Virus record (IMG/VR): IMGVR_UViG_3300048080_000033
Location: 1-35,517 of that record
Direction: 5' to 3' (one strand)
Length of the DNA stretch: 35,517 nt
From: a virus
Taxonomy: Duplodnaviria > Caudoviricetes
Below the pieces are notes generated by a model, which saw only the letters and a list, made by a program, of their open reading frames with translations, was not told where the DNA came from and made no database searches. Below, piece after piece: positions 8,495 through 16,839 of this stretch; within the stretch, counting starts at the first letter, position 1, and every line of letters begins with the position of its first letter. The position numbers were made by a program, and so were the translations under genes.

Positions 8495-8904
8495 CCCTTA
8501 TCTCCCTTGAATAGCGGTTGTGTAATGGGGGTGCCAGTGAACGGGGGAGGCAGGCCGGGCAGAAACGTCTTGCGCCCTTTGCCGTCAGGAACCTCGACCG
8601 TGGTGGTCTCTTTCGTGGCGGTCACGTTCTTCATCCGCCGCTTGCGCGTTCCGTCCGCGCCGGATTCGGTAGGGTAGCTGTGACGCTTGATAGTGGCGCT
8701 GTCCAGCCCCATGACGTAGGGAACGGACGGACGCCATGCGGACTCCCGCCCGCACACCCGCGTTATCTCGTTCCGGTCAACCTCGCTGTATGGACACAGG
8801 CCCACAGCCGGGCGCTGCTCATCGAACCGCACGGTGATTTCGAAGTCACCGTGTACCGGACAGGCGTAAACTTGCTGCGGCATCTCAGTCTCGTTGTCGG
8901 GCAT
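8491..8904 (-). CDS. FmdB-like zinc-ribbon protein
   Basis: YACPVHGDFE...CP...CG...W.PS.P pattern. Confidence 0.55.
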   Translation of the reverse strand: MPDNETEMPQQVYACPVHGDFEITVRFDEQRPAVGLCPYSEVDRNEITRVCGRESAWRPSVPYVMGLDSATIKRHSYPTESGADGTRKRRMKNVTATKETTTVEVPDGKGRKTFLPGLPPPFTGTPITQPLFKGDKG

Positions 8905-9145
8905 ACCATAGCCCCTGACCCATTATAGCCGCCCACTCGATTGCTACCACGCCAGCAATCGAAGCGCTCCAGTCGAGCCCTAGTGACGTGAACGCCAGAC
9001 AGTTGACCACCAACGCGCCCGTAGTTAGCAGGGACGTGACCAGGGGAACCGTGGTGCGCCTGATGCGCCACTGATGCCATATCGTCGGAACCAAACTGAC
9101 CGCAAACACGACGCCCGTAGCGAACAGCGCGAAATCCTCAATCAT
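8885..9145 (-). CDS. PQ-loop/SemiSWEET-like small membrane protein
   Basis: Three hydrophobic helices with LVPTI...RT pattern at the PQ position. Confidence 0.5.
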   Translation of the reverse strand: MIEDFALFATGVVFAVSLVPTIWHQWRIRRTTVPLVTSLLTTGALVVNCLAFTSLGLDWSASIAGVVAIEWAAIMGQGLWYARQRD

Positions 9146-9251
9146 CGCACACCGGGCACGGTTCGCCCGTCTCTCCGTGTGCCGTGCAGAACAGCCGGTT
9201 GCAGGCATCGCATATCATGTAGGGGTCGTCGCCGCACAGGTAGCACGTCAG
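9138..9251 (-). CDS. Small AN1-like Zn-finger peptide (possible CTG start)
   Basis: CYLC...CDAC..FC..H...CPVC; CTGA overlap with upstream stop and AAGGA SD. Confidence 0.45.
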   Translation of the reverse strand: MTCYLCGDDPYMICDACNRLFCTAHGETGEPCPVCDD

Positions 9252-9820
9252 CGGTCCTTCTGTTGCACCAGCATACGCATTTCGCCGCCCGGCCCCACCA
9301 CTACCTGAACCCGATTGTCCTGGTAGGACTCGCCGTCCTCGGTCGTCTTTGACCGTAAGCCTTGTAGCTCCTCCATAGCCTTCTCGCTGTCGCGGATAGT
9401 CCGTATCAGGTCGGCTTCCGACTTCCCTGATGCCGCCGCTGGTAAGTACCCCGTTGCTTCCCCGCCCTTGTCCGTTGTCGAGTGGGATACGATTTCCCCG
9501 CGTTTCGATTTCAGATATTCCAGCGTTTCCCACGCCTCGCGGATAATCGCCATATGGACGGCCAGCGCCGACGCCAGCTCCACACCCGCCACCTCGAGCC
9601 GTTCGTCGGCCAGCTTGACCTGCATCCGGCGCACGTCCTCCCGAACCTGAACGTGGCTCACGCCTACCTGTTCCGCTATCGTTCGGAGCGACTGGCGCTT
9701 GCACCACAGCACCCACACCTTGTCGACCCGCGCCGCTGTCTCCGGTATCTCCCACCATCGAATCTGCCTCACGGCCCGCCCGCGTTTCTTGTGCGGAACG
9801 AGCGCCTTATCGTCGCCCAT
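9248..9820 (-). CDS. HTH protein, terminase small subunit-like
   Basis: SLRTIAEQVGVSHVQV HTH followed by helical coiled region ending ...LQGL. Confidence 0.55.
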   Translation of the reverse strand: MGDDKALVPHKKRGRAVRQIRWWEIPETAARVDKVWVLWCKRQSLRTIAEQVGVSHVQVREDVRRMQVKLADERLEVAGVELASALAVHMAIIREAWETLEYLKSKRGEIVSHSTTDKGGEATGYLPAAASGKSEADLIRTIRDSEKAMEELQGLRSKTTEDGESYQDNRVQVVVGPGGEMRMLVQQKDR

Positions 9821-10148
9821 TATGCCGCCACGTCAAGGCAATCCACAGCGCCAACATTAGCTGTGGCGCGTGGGTGCCGAACGTGTACCAGAACTTCCGC
9901 GACGGGTGCCGTAGCGCCCGCGCTAGACCGAGCCAACCCCACTCGTATCCCTTATCCTGTACTTCCGCCGCGAGGGCCAGGCCGGTTCCGCCGCCCGCCA
10001 TCAGTAGGAGGACGAAGGCCGGTACAGACGGGTCGCTCGTCGGATGGCGGAACCACCACCACCACAGGAACAATAGGCCCGCGAGGGTAAACGTAAGGGT
10101 CGGCGTCTGGAGTTCGTGCTTCATCCGTTGCCGGTTCGTCGTCATCAT
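9807..10148 (-). CDS. Membrane protein
   Basis: Several hydrophobic, Trp-rich helices. Confidence 0.55.
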   Translation of the reverse strand: MMTTNRQRMKHELQTPTLTFTLAGLLFLWWWWFRHPTSDPSVPAFVLLLMAGGGTGLALAAEVQDKGYEWGWLGLARALRHPSRKFWYTFGTHAPQLMLALWIALTWRHNGRR

Positions 10149-10473
10149 GTGTCAATTGTACGTCACCGCACGTCGTACCAGTATGCCCTGCGAGCGCGCT
10201 TGCCATCCCGTGATTCCCGATGAGGATGATGAGAAACGGTAGATGCAGGTCAAGGTGCAGATGAGGCCAGCCGAAGTGTGCGTGGAACCCTAGCGATAGG
10301 GACGGAACGAACACCGGCTCGAACCACAGGTAGTACCACTGGCCCCGCCCGATGAAGCGCTCCAATGCCGCGATGGGATGGCGGAACCAACAGGTGCAGT
10401 CCGGCGGTCCTTCATCCGGGCACTCGCGGCCCCATACCTCGAGGGCGCAATCGTCAGTGTGATTCATGGGCAC
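9952..10473 (-). CDS. Hypothetical protein
   Basis: N-terminal half looks coding; long overlap with the next gene lowers confidence in the C-terminus. Confidence 0.45.
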   Translation of the reverse strand: MPMNHTDDCALEVWGRECPDEGPPDCTCWFRHPIAALERFIGRGQWYYLWFEPVFVPSLSLGFHAHFGWPHLHLDLHLPFLIILIGNHGMASALAGHTGTTCGDVQLTHDDDEPATDEARTPDADPYVYPRGPIVPVVVVVPPSDERPVCTGLRPPTDGGRRNRPGPRGGSTG

Positions 10474-10927
10474 TACCCTTCTGTGTGTAGACCCGCATGG
10501 ACAAATGCTTGACCCGCTTGAACACCGCGCCCGCTGCTTCCAGCCGCGCTCGACTAATGGCCCCGATTCGCAGGCCCTCTTTCATCGCGTCCGTATCGAC
10601 CGCCTCCACGATTACCTGACCAGCGACCTCCGCCGGTAGGACTCCGCGCAGCTTGACGGTATCGTATGCGTCCTCTGTCACGGGCGAAAGGCGGGCGAAC
10701 GCGCCGGATTCCTCATCGAATACGCGGTCACGCTCGTCGGCAATCATCAGCGCCTTGAGCTCATCCCGCAGTTTCTTGTCCTCGTCTTGCAAGGCAGTCA
10801 CGCCGCGCCGCTGAAGTTCATCCTGAATCGCAGCCAGACGGTTCACCAGCGCCGCCAGGTTGGCCGGGACGGGGGCTTCAGCTTCGGGCGCGTCTATCCC
10901 TACGGTTTCGATTTCGTCGGTCATCAC
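10454..10927 (-). CDS. Coiled-coil phage protein (Gam/Gp157-like)
   Basis: N-terminal coiled coil plus VDTDAMKE motif typical of such phage proteins. Confidence 0.5.
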   Translation of the reverse strand: MMTDEIETVGIDAPEAEAPVPANLAALVNRLAAIQDELQRRGVTALQDEDKKLRDELKALMIADERDRVFDEESGAFARLSPVTEDAYDTVKLRGVLPAEVAGQVIVEAVDTDAMKEGLRIGAISRARLEAAGAVFKRVKHLSMRVYTQKGSAHESH

Positions 10928-11622
10928 AGCTCCGTCAGGGGGAACAGCTCATCCTGCGTGATGTAGCGGTCGGCCAGCCCGTAGGCGATGGCATCCTCGG
11001 CGGACATCCAGTGCTCGAGGTTGATGTCCACGAGCAGCTTCTCGCGCACCAACGCCCGCCATCCCGTGTGCATCACGTCCGCCTGCTCGGGGGTCAGGCC
11101 CGTGGTGTCCGCGAGTGGTAGCCCCGCCGTCACGCCGCAGTCAATGTACGCCTTCGCCAGTTGTTCCTTGACACGGGTTAGCTCCGCCGTGCGGATGACC
11201 GCGACCGCTTCGCTCACGCCTTCCCCGAAGTACATGGATGGGAGGTGAAGCATGAACCGTGCGCTCGGATACACCAGCCTTTCGGTGCCCGCCGCTAAGA
11301 GAATTGTCGCCGCCGATGCGCCAACCTGGCCCACAGTCTTGACCGGTGCCCGTGACATCCTAATGGTGTCGTACAGGATGAATCCGCTGTTCACGTCGCC
11401 GCCGGGCGAGTCGATGAATACGGTGATGGGTTTCGTGGGGTCATCGCGGTTCATGGCGAGGATGCTATCCGAGACTGCCGTGGTGCTGAATTGGTCCCAG
11501 CGGTTCGGCGCGTTAGCCACCACGCCTCTAAAGAACAGGAACCGATAGACCCGCGCCAACATGAACGCGGATGTCTCAAGCTGTTCCTCTTTAACGCCGC
11601 CCGGTCGTTCTCGAACCCACAT
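10924..11622 (-). CDS. clpP: ClpP-family serine protease subunit
   Basis: IDSPGGDV, YDTI, ASAA (Ser), FMLH (His), WMSAEDAIAYGLAD. Confidence 0.9.
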   Translation of the reverse strand: MWVRERPGGVKEEQLETSAFMLARVYRFLFFRGVVANAPNRWDQFSTTAVSDSILAMNRDDPTKPITVFIDSPGGDVNSGFILYDTIRMSRAPVKTVGQVGASAATILLAAGTERLVYPSARFMLHLPSMYFGEGVSEAVAVIRTAELTRVKEQLAKAYIDCGVTAGLPLADTTGLTPEQADVMHTGWRALVREKLLVDINLEHWMSAEDAIAYGLADRYITQDELFPLTEL

Positions 11623-11647
11623 GGTTATGCTCCTCGCTGTTGATTCA

Positions 11648-12286
11648 TTATACCCCGCCGCCTAGCGGCAGCACTTCCTGGGCCATGCACCGCGCCGCCA
11701 TGTCACAGTATCGTTCGTCAATCTCAATTCCGATGGCCCGCAGCCCTAGATTCTTAGCGGCTCGTAGTGTGGTGCCGGAACCCACGAACGGGTCGAGGAC
11801 GGTGCCCGCGTCGGGGAAGAATGTCAGGCACCATTGGATGACGCGGAGCGGCTTCTGCGTGGGGTGTAGCCGCCCGTGTTGCTCGTTACGAACCCCGCTC
11901 ACCGGTTGGATGATATGCGAGGTGGTCATGGACTTGTTTGTCCAGCACAACTCCACGGAACCCATCGACGGGGGTGCATCCGGTTTGACCCACACCAGCC
12001 AGCCCCGCGATAGCGGCAGCGTGAAGTAGTTGCCGCCCCACACGCAGGCATTCCGGCCAGCAGCCACAACCGCCGCCATGACCTCATCGGGCGGAGGCGC
12101 GTTATCCCAGTCTTGCGGTTGGAACCCGTCGCGCCGTTGCCATTTGGTAGGCTGCGCCGCGAACCCTATCCCGTAGGGCGGGTCGGTCAGCACGAGGTCA
12201 ACCGGCTCCAGTTGCGGCAGGATGTCCGCACAGTTGCCGTGATAGATGGTGATGCCATCGCGGTCATAATAGGGCTTCAGCGACAC
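11648..12286 (-). CDS. DNA N6-adenine/N4-cytosine methyltransferase (beta class)
   Basis: TDPPY, HPTQKP, VLDPFVGSGTT. Confidence 0.92.
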   Translation of the reverse strand: MSLKPYYDRDGITIYHGNCADILPQLEPVDLVLTDPPYGIGFAAQPTKWQRRDGFQPQDWDNAPPPDEVMAAVVAAGRNACVWGGNYFTLPLSRGWLVWVKPDAPPSMGSVELCWTNKSMTTSHIIQPVSGVRNEQHGRLHPTQKPLRVIQWCLTFFPDAGTVLDPFVGSGTTLRAAKNLGLRAIGIEIDERYCDMAARCMAQEVLPLGGGV

Positions 12287-12906
12287 GGCTTGAACGACCT
12301 CCGGTGTTCGGGGGTCAGGCCGTGCGCCGCGATTCCTGCAAGGTGCTTCGGGGTGCCGTACCCGACGTTGTGCTTCCAGTCATAGCCACGATAGAACGCG
12401 TCTAGCGCCATCATGTACCGGTCACGCGCCACCTTCGCCACGATAGACGCCGCGCCCACGGTCAGCGACAGCGAGTCCGCCTTGTTGACGAATGTGGCCA
12501 GGTGTCGCGGGAAGAACAGGAACGGGCGGAGGTTCGCGCCGTCTACAATCACGCCGACCGGTTCCGGGCTACCGAGCTGCGTCCAGCATTCCATGAACGC
12601 TGCCATCATCGCCTTGCATCGCGCCTGAAAGATGTTGATGCTGTCGATTTCCTCCGGCCCCACACCGGCCACAGCCCACGCCGTCGCCATGCTGGTAATC
12701 TTGGGGAACAGCAGCTCCCGTGATGACCGCGACAACCGCTTGCTGTCATCCACATCCGCGTACCATTTGCATTTGGTGTCCAGCGGCAGCGCCACAGCGC
12801 CCGCCACTACCGGCCCCGCAAGGCATCCGGCCCCGACCTCATCTAGCCCGATGATGTACTGTGCGCCCCGCTCCAGTAGCTCGGCCTCAAGGTCAGTCGT
12901 CGGCAT
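12277..12906 (-). CDS. rnhB: Ribonuclease HII
   Basis: GLDEVG.G.LAGPV, DSK, VDG, AASIVAKVARD, GYGT..H, HRRSF. Confidence 0.92.
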   Translation of the reverse strand: MPTTDLEAELLERGAQYIIGLDEVGAGCLAGPVVAGAVALPLDTKCKWYADVDDSKRLSRSSRELLFPKITSMATAWAVAGVGPEEIDSINIFQARCKAMMAAFMECWTQLGSPEPVGVIVDGANLRPFLFFPRHLATFVNKADSLSLTVGAASIVAKVARDRYMMALDAFYRGYDWKHNVGYGTPKHLAGIAAHGLTPEHRRSFKPCR

Positions 12907-13600
12907 ACATCGGCTCGAGTTCCTGCTTCACCGGCTTCACCTTCGGGTAGGGTAGGTCAATCAACAGCGCCGCCTTAGCCTTGCGGTTCAGCGGCAGGCA
13001 GTACCGGTGCTTGCCGGTACGCTTGATTGCCACGATTCCCATGTGCTTGTTGCGCTCCATGACGACCGCGTGTGCCGCCGTTCCGTACTGATTATAGAAC
13101 TTCCGTGGGGAGATTTCCTTACCGCCGATGAAGTAGCGGGGGTGTCCCGCTGATGGCATCTCTCCCGTGTACGTGAAGTTGGATGCCTGATAGATGATAC
13201 CGAGGTGACCCTGCCCCACGTCAGCATAGGAAAGGATGGCGTCGTACCTCTCACGCCGTAGCTGTTTAACCGCCAATGCCAGCATCGCGGACAGCGGTTT
13301 GAACTCCGGCTTACAGGCCAGCCGCGACAGCTCCAGCACTCGCCAATCATCCGAACCGAACAGGTTCTTCCGAACGAACCGTGAGGACACGCCGCTGAAC
13401 ACGGCCACGCCGACCGTTTCGTTGCCGGTTGCATCGAAGAATCCATAGTACCGGCCCTGTGACACGCCGCCCATATAATGATACTTGCGGAGGAACGCGT
13501 CGGCTTGCTGCTTGCTACAGCCCCGGATTACCAGCGCGGGAGCCGCGCCGCGCTCAGCCTGGTCAAACAGGTTCCCTTGTTGTGTGTCAACGAGCGTCAT
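12893..13600 (-). CDS. mom: Mom-like GNAT adenine-modifying enzyme
   Basis: FL.KYHY, VLELSRL, ILSYAD..QGH.G.IYQASNF.Y.G, KHRY motifs; start reassigned to the ATG at 13600 because 13608-13683 is a tRNA. Confidence 0.85.
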   Translation of the reverse strand: MTLVDTQQGNLFDQAERGAAPALVIRGCSKQQADAFLRKYHYMGGVSQGRYYGFFDATGNETVGVAVFSGVSSRFVRKNLFGSDDWRVLELSRLACKPEFKPLSAMLALAVKQLRRERYDAILSYADVGQGHLGIIYQASNFTYTGEMPSAGHPRYFIGGKEISPRKFYNQYGTAAHAVVMERNKHMGIVAIKRTGKHRYCLPLNRKAKAALLIDLPYPKVKPVKQELEPMYADD

Positions 13601-13607
13601 AGCATTT

Positions 13608-13683
13608 TGGAGCGGGCGGGTGGACTTGCACCACCAACGCTGTGCTGGAAGCATAGCATGATACTCTGTTTCAACACGCCCGC
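13608..13683 (-). tRNA. trnG: Atypical tRNA-Gly(UCC), likely non-proteinogenic
   Basis: GCGGGCG/CGCCCGC acceptor stem, U73, encoded CCA, anticodon loop CUUCCAG, T-stem GGUGG/CCACC, 76 nt; T-loop UGCAAGU and D-loop lacking GG. Confidence 0.88.
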
Positions 13684-13687
13684 GTTT

Positions 13688-13951
13688 CTATTGTACCCCG
13701 CGCCGGGGGTGAGCCTTCTGGGACTGGACGGGGAACGGTCGTTCGGTCAGGATGCCCCGCGCCAACGCCTTAGTGATGAGCTGATTGACCCGCTGTCGGC
13801 TCACGCCCATCAGCGCCGCAAGGTCAGACTGGGACATGAATCCGTCCGCTATCCGCCGATGATGTTTGGTCAGCAGCCGCAACAGCTCCGCGATGGCCGG
13901 GCTGTGCTTCAGGTAGACCCGCAACACTTCAGGCGGGATGTTAGAACTCAT
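13688..13951 (-). CDS. HTH DNA-binding protein (Crp-like HTH)
   Basis: MSQSDLAALMGVSRQRVNQLI...RGIL. Confidence 0.75.
   Translation of the reverse strand: MSSNIPPEVLRVYLKHSPAIAELLRLLTKHHRRIADGFMSQSDLAALMGVSRQRVNQLITKALARGILTERPFPVQSQKAHPRRGVQ
13690..13698 (-). promoter_or_regulatory. GGG-TACAAT -10 promoter with predicted +1 at tRNA G1
   Basis: Hexamer at 13690-13695; 6 nt spacer to 13683, the same spacing as the leaderless genes. Confidence 0.7.
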
Positions 13952-14471
13952 CGTCGCTCCCCTTGAAGCCGCCAATGGACACGGGGATTCCGCCGGTCGG
14001 CCCGCCTGCCTCCACGTCCTCTTTCGGGTCACCCGCGTCCACGCCGGTCACGTCATCCGCGATGGTGTAGTGGTGTGGCGACTTGTCGCTGTGCTTCTCC
14101 TTCAGCCGGGCCACTTCGGGGGTCATGGCGTCAATGAACGCCCTGTATCCGCCCGCTACCATGCGGTCGTCGTTGAACCGGCCCGCCGCCATCGCGTCCG
14201 CCAGGATGGCGATGCTTGCCAGCGCGTGAGCGAAGTGGTGGAGGCCGGAATCGGGGTCGATGTCCTCACCCTCGAACCACGCGTTCATGTGCCGCCGAAC
14301 CGCGTCGTAATAGATGCTGGCCCGCACACCCGCCGCTCGCCAGTTGGTGCGCCCGTACTTCAGCATCCCGTCTTCGCATCCGAGCGCTCCGAGGATACTG
14401 GCGACTTCCGGCCACAGGTGGAAAGGAACCTTGTCGGAGCCGAGCGTCTGCTTCGGGTTGGTTAGTTTCAT
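13941..14471 (-). CDS. dATP/dGTP diphosphohydrolase (DUF5664-like)
   Basis: NPK...G..K.P, G..KYG..NWR, YYDA..RH..AW..GED.DPDSGLHH.AHA. Confidence 0.88.
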   Translation of the reverse strand: MKLTNPKQTLGSDKVPFHLWPEVASILGALGCEDGMLKYGRTNWRAAGVRASIYYDAVRRHMNAWFEGEDIDPDSGLHHFAHALASIAILADAMAAGRFNDDRMVAGGYRAFIDAMTPEVARLKEKHSDKSPHHYTIADDVTGVDAGDPKEDVEAGGPTGGIPVSIGGFKGSDDEF

Positions 14472-14482
14472 AGGTGCCTCCT

Positions 14483-15106
14483 TTACGCGCCCGCCATATC
14501 GAGCGCCTGGTCCAGATTGCAAAGTTTGATGTACCCGCTGTGCGCCCACACGTCATCCGTGGACGTGTACGGCCAGTCCATGAGCGCAACCGGTACGCCC
14601 CGTCTGGCGAACGCGACCGCCGTGTGGGGTGCGTCCTCAATCACGAGGCCGGGGTTGAAGTGCTCAATCAAATCCGCCTTGTCGGTGCCGCCGCCCATCC
14701 CGCCCCGCTTACTGACGATGACCAGCGGTTCCGCGATGCCTTGCATCTCGAGCCAACGTACCGTCTGGTGATACACCGAGTCGCCCGCGCTAGGTGCCCG
14801 CGCCGTGACGAACAGAATGGGAAGCCGCGACGCCGCATCCGCTATCCGCTTGAATTGCTCGGGGGTTGCCAGCGTCGGGCATTGCAGCCAGAAGTCAGGG
14901 ATAGTTTCAATGCGCTCGAACCCCCACGCAAACTGTTCCTTCGTGATGCCTTGCTTATCCCACGCCCAATCGGATACTTCACGCGTGTACGTGATGGGGG
15001 TGCCGAACTCTAGGTGAAGCAGCCTGCTGAACGCGAACGCGAACTCGGCCAATACGCCGTCCACGTCACAGAACGTCAGGGTCGGGCGCGTGAATGTGTA
15101 GGTCAC
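14483..15106 (-). CDS. HAD-family 5'(3')-deoxyribonucleotidase
   Basis: DVDGVLA, VTAR, K, IED motifs. Confidence 0.85.
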   Translation of the reverse strand: MTYTFTRPTLTFCDVDGVLAEFAFAFSRLLHLEFGTPITYTREVSDWAWDKQGITKEQFAWGFERIETIPDFWLQCPTLATPEQFKRIADAASRLPILFVTARAPSAGDSVYHQTVRWLEMQGIAEPLVIVSKRGGMGGGTDKADLIEHFNPGLVIEDAPHTAVAFARRGVPVALMDWPYTSTDDVWAHSGYIKLCNLDQALDMAGA

Positions 15107-16369
15107 CTATCGGCCAATCACTTCCAGTTGCCGGACTTCCTCGACTTCGGCCAGGTGTATGCGGTAGTGGTGCGTCTTGCCCCGCTTGGGGTGGAACAGC
15201 ATGAACTCCTGTGATGGGATGTTCGCCGCCGCCCGTGACATCTCGATGCTCAGGAGGGACGGCCCCACGAAGCACCCGTTCTGGACAATCTCGCCCCGGA
15301 TTTCGTGTTCCGCTGACTGCGCCTCGTGAAGATGCGCCTTGAAATAGTAGTTGATGATTTCACCGATGATGCTGTTCAGGCGCAGCTTGTTGTCGATGGC
15401 CCCTGTGTACGTCGCCTGTAGTCCCTTGATACCATGCCCGTGACGCGCCGCGACTAGCCATCCCTGGATGGATGCGAAGGCGATAGCGCCCTTGACGATA
15501 TGGAAGTCCACAGCGCCGCCGGTCAGGTGCCGTGTGCCGTTCTCTGACTCGTTCCATTCGCCGCCCGCCTGATTGCGGGCGCGTTCCGCTATCAGCTCCC
15601 ATGCCAGCGTCTCGAAGTTGTCAGGGGTGTACGCGCCCTTAGCCCGCGCCGCCGTGCGCCCGTGGTTGCCGGGCACCTTGACAATGCTGATGCTCTTGTA
15701 GCGAGCGAGCAGGGACACGATGATTTCAACCGCGTCCTCCACGAACCCCATAATCTGAAAGATGATACTTTCGGACATCTGAAGCGCCTGTGACTGGAAC
15801 ATCTCGCCGTGACCCTCAAGGTCGTCACCGAGCGCCAGAATGTTCAGCCGGTCAATCGTGATGACGAGTTGGTTCATCTGCGTGAACCGCAGCAGGCCGT
15901 TCCGCCATCGCGCCAGACGTTCGCGGGCGATGTCGATGTTGTACTCGGCCAGCCCGTTGCTCGCTCGCCGGTCAATCTTGCTGTAGTAGTGCAGGTCACT
16001 GAACAGCGCGACCGCTTCCTGTGTGGTGTCGAACCCCATGTCCTCGAGGCGGGTCGCCTGAATCTGGGCGGGGATGGGAGCCAGCGCCTTGTGTTCGCTG
16101 ATGAATGTCGCGGCCCGCCGCATGACGTTCTCCAGTTGTTCGGCCCGCTCGTCGCGCTTGTTCTGTCCGCCCGTGCTGCCCTGAAAGGCCAGCGACAGAC
16201 GCGCCGCCGCATTGCGGATGGTTGATAGGGTGATGGTGAAATCGGGGAACGCGTCAGCCAACTTCGTCGCCGTCTGAGCCATTGTTAGGCCGTCGTCCGC
16301 ACAGCGCCGGAGCGCCCCGTGAAAGGATGACTGCGTTGCCTCGTCCATGTACCGTACTGCCTTTGTCAA
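15107..16369 (-). CDS. Calcineurin-like metallophosphoesterase with N-terminal HTH
   Basis: SDLH, GD, GNHG, HGH, AHLH motifs. Confidence 0.85.
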   Translation of the reverse strand: MTKAVRYMDEATQSSFHGALRRCADDGLTMAQTATKLADAFPDFTITLSTIRNAAARLSLAFQGSTGGQNKRDERAEQLENVMRRAATFISEHKALAPIPAQIQATRLEDMGFDTTQEAVALFSDLHYYSKIDRRASNGLAEYNIDIARERLARWRNGLLRFTQMNQLVITIDRLNILALGDDLEGHGEMFQSQALQMSESIIFQIMGFVEDAVEIIVSLLARYKSISIVKVPGNHGRTAARAKGAYTPDNFETLAWELIAERARNQAGGEWNESENGTRHLTGGAVDFHIVKGAIAFASIQGWLVAARHGHGIKGLQATYTGAIDNKLRLNSIIGEIINYYFKAHLHEAQSAEHEIRGEIVQNGCFVGPSLLSIEMSRAAANIPSQEFMLFHPKRGKTHHYRIHLAEVEEVRQLEVIGR

Positions 16370-16839
16370 GATGCTCTAGCCTCCGTATCACGGCGCGACT
16401 GCTCACGGGATAGCGCCTGGAAATGTTGGGTGTACGCCGCTATTTTACCCCGAAGGATGGCTTCAACGGAACGTAGCTCAGTCAGCCGTTCATACAGTTT
16501 CCGTAGGTCGATGTCAGCGTTAACGGCCAGCGCCCTGACTTCCTCTTTATTCAGTCGCCCATGTTCCGCACGGATAGCGGGGATGAGCGCCGCTATGTTG
16601 GTGTCGAATTGCGCGTCAACCCCTATCAGCTCCGCTTCAACCTCGCCCTGTTTCACCAGCAGGTATCCGAGGTATCCGGCCAGCCGCAGCATCATCGCGC
16701 CTAGTTGCTCGCTGGTCAGGTTGCCGGGCGACTGTGGGAACGTGTACTGAGGCTCGCCTGCCTTCGGGCGGGTCGGGTTTGGTAGCCGGTGCAACGCTAC
16801 CTTATCCCGCGCCGATTCGTACAGCCCACGCCCGTCCAT
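16366..16839 (-). CDS. Coiled-coil protein, UvsY-like recombination mediator
   Basis: Long helical protein ending ...ALSREQSRR, downstream of the RecA/Cas4-like genes. Confidence 0.5.
   Translation of the reverse strand: MDGRGLYESARDKVALHRLPNPTRPKAGEPQYTFPQSPGNLTSEQLGAMMLRLAGYLGYLLVKQGEVEAELIGVDAQFDTNIAALIPAIRAEHGRLNKEEVRALAVNADIDLRKLYERLTELRSVEAILRGKIAAYTQHFQALSREQSRRDTEARAS

Noticed and set aside
13601-13654. Predicted N-terminal extension of the Mom-like ORF (MLPAQRWW...)
   Set aside because: It lies inside the tRNA cloverleaf; the ATG at 13600 gives an N-terminus matching the paralog (QGNLF vs QGSLF).
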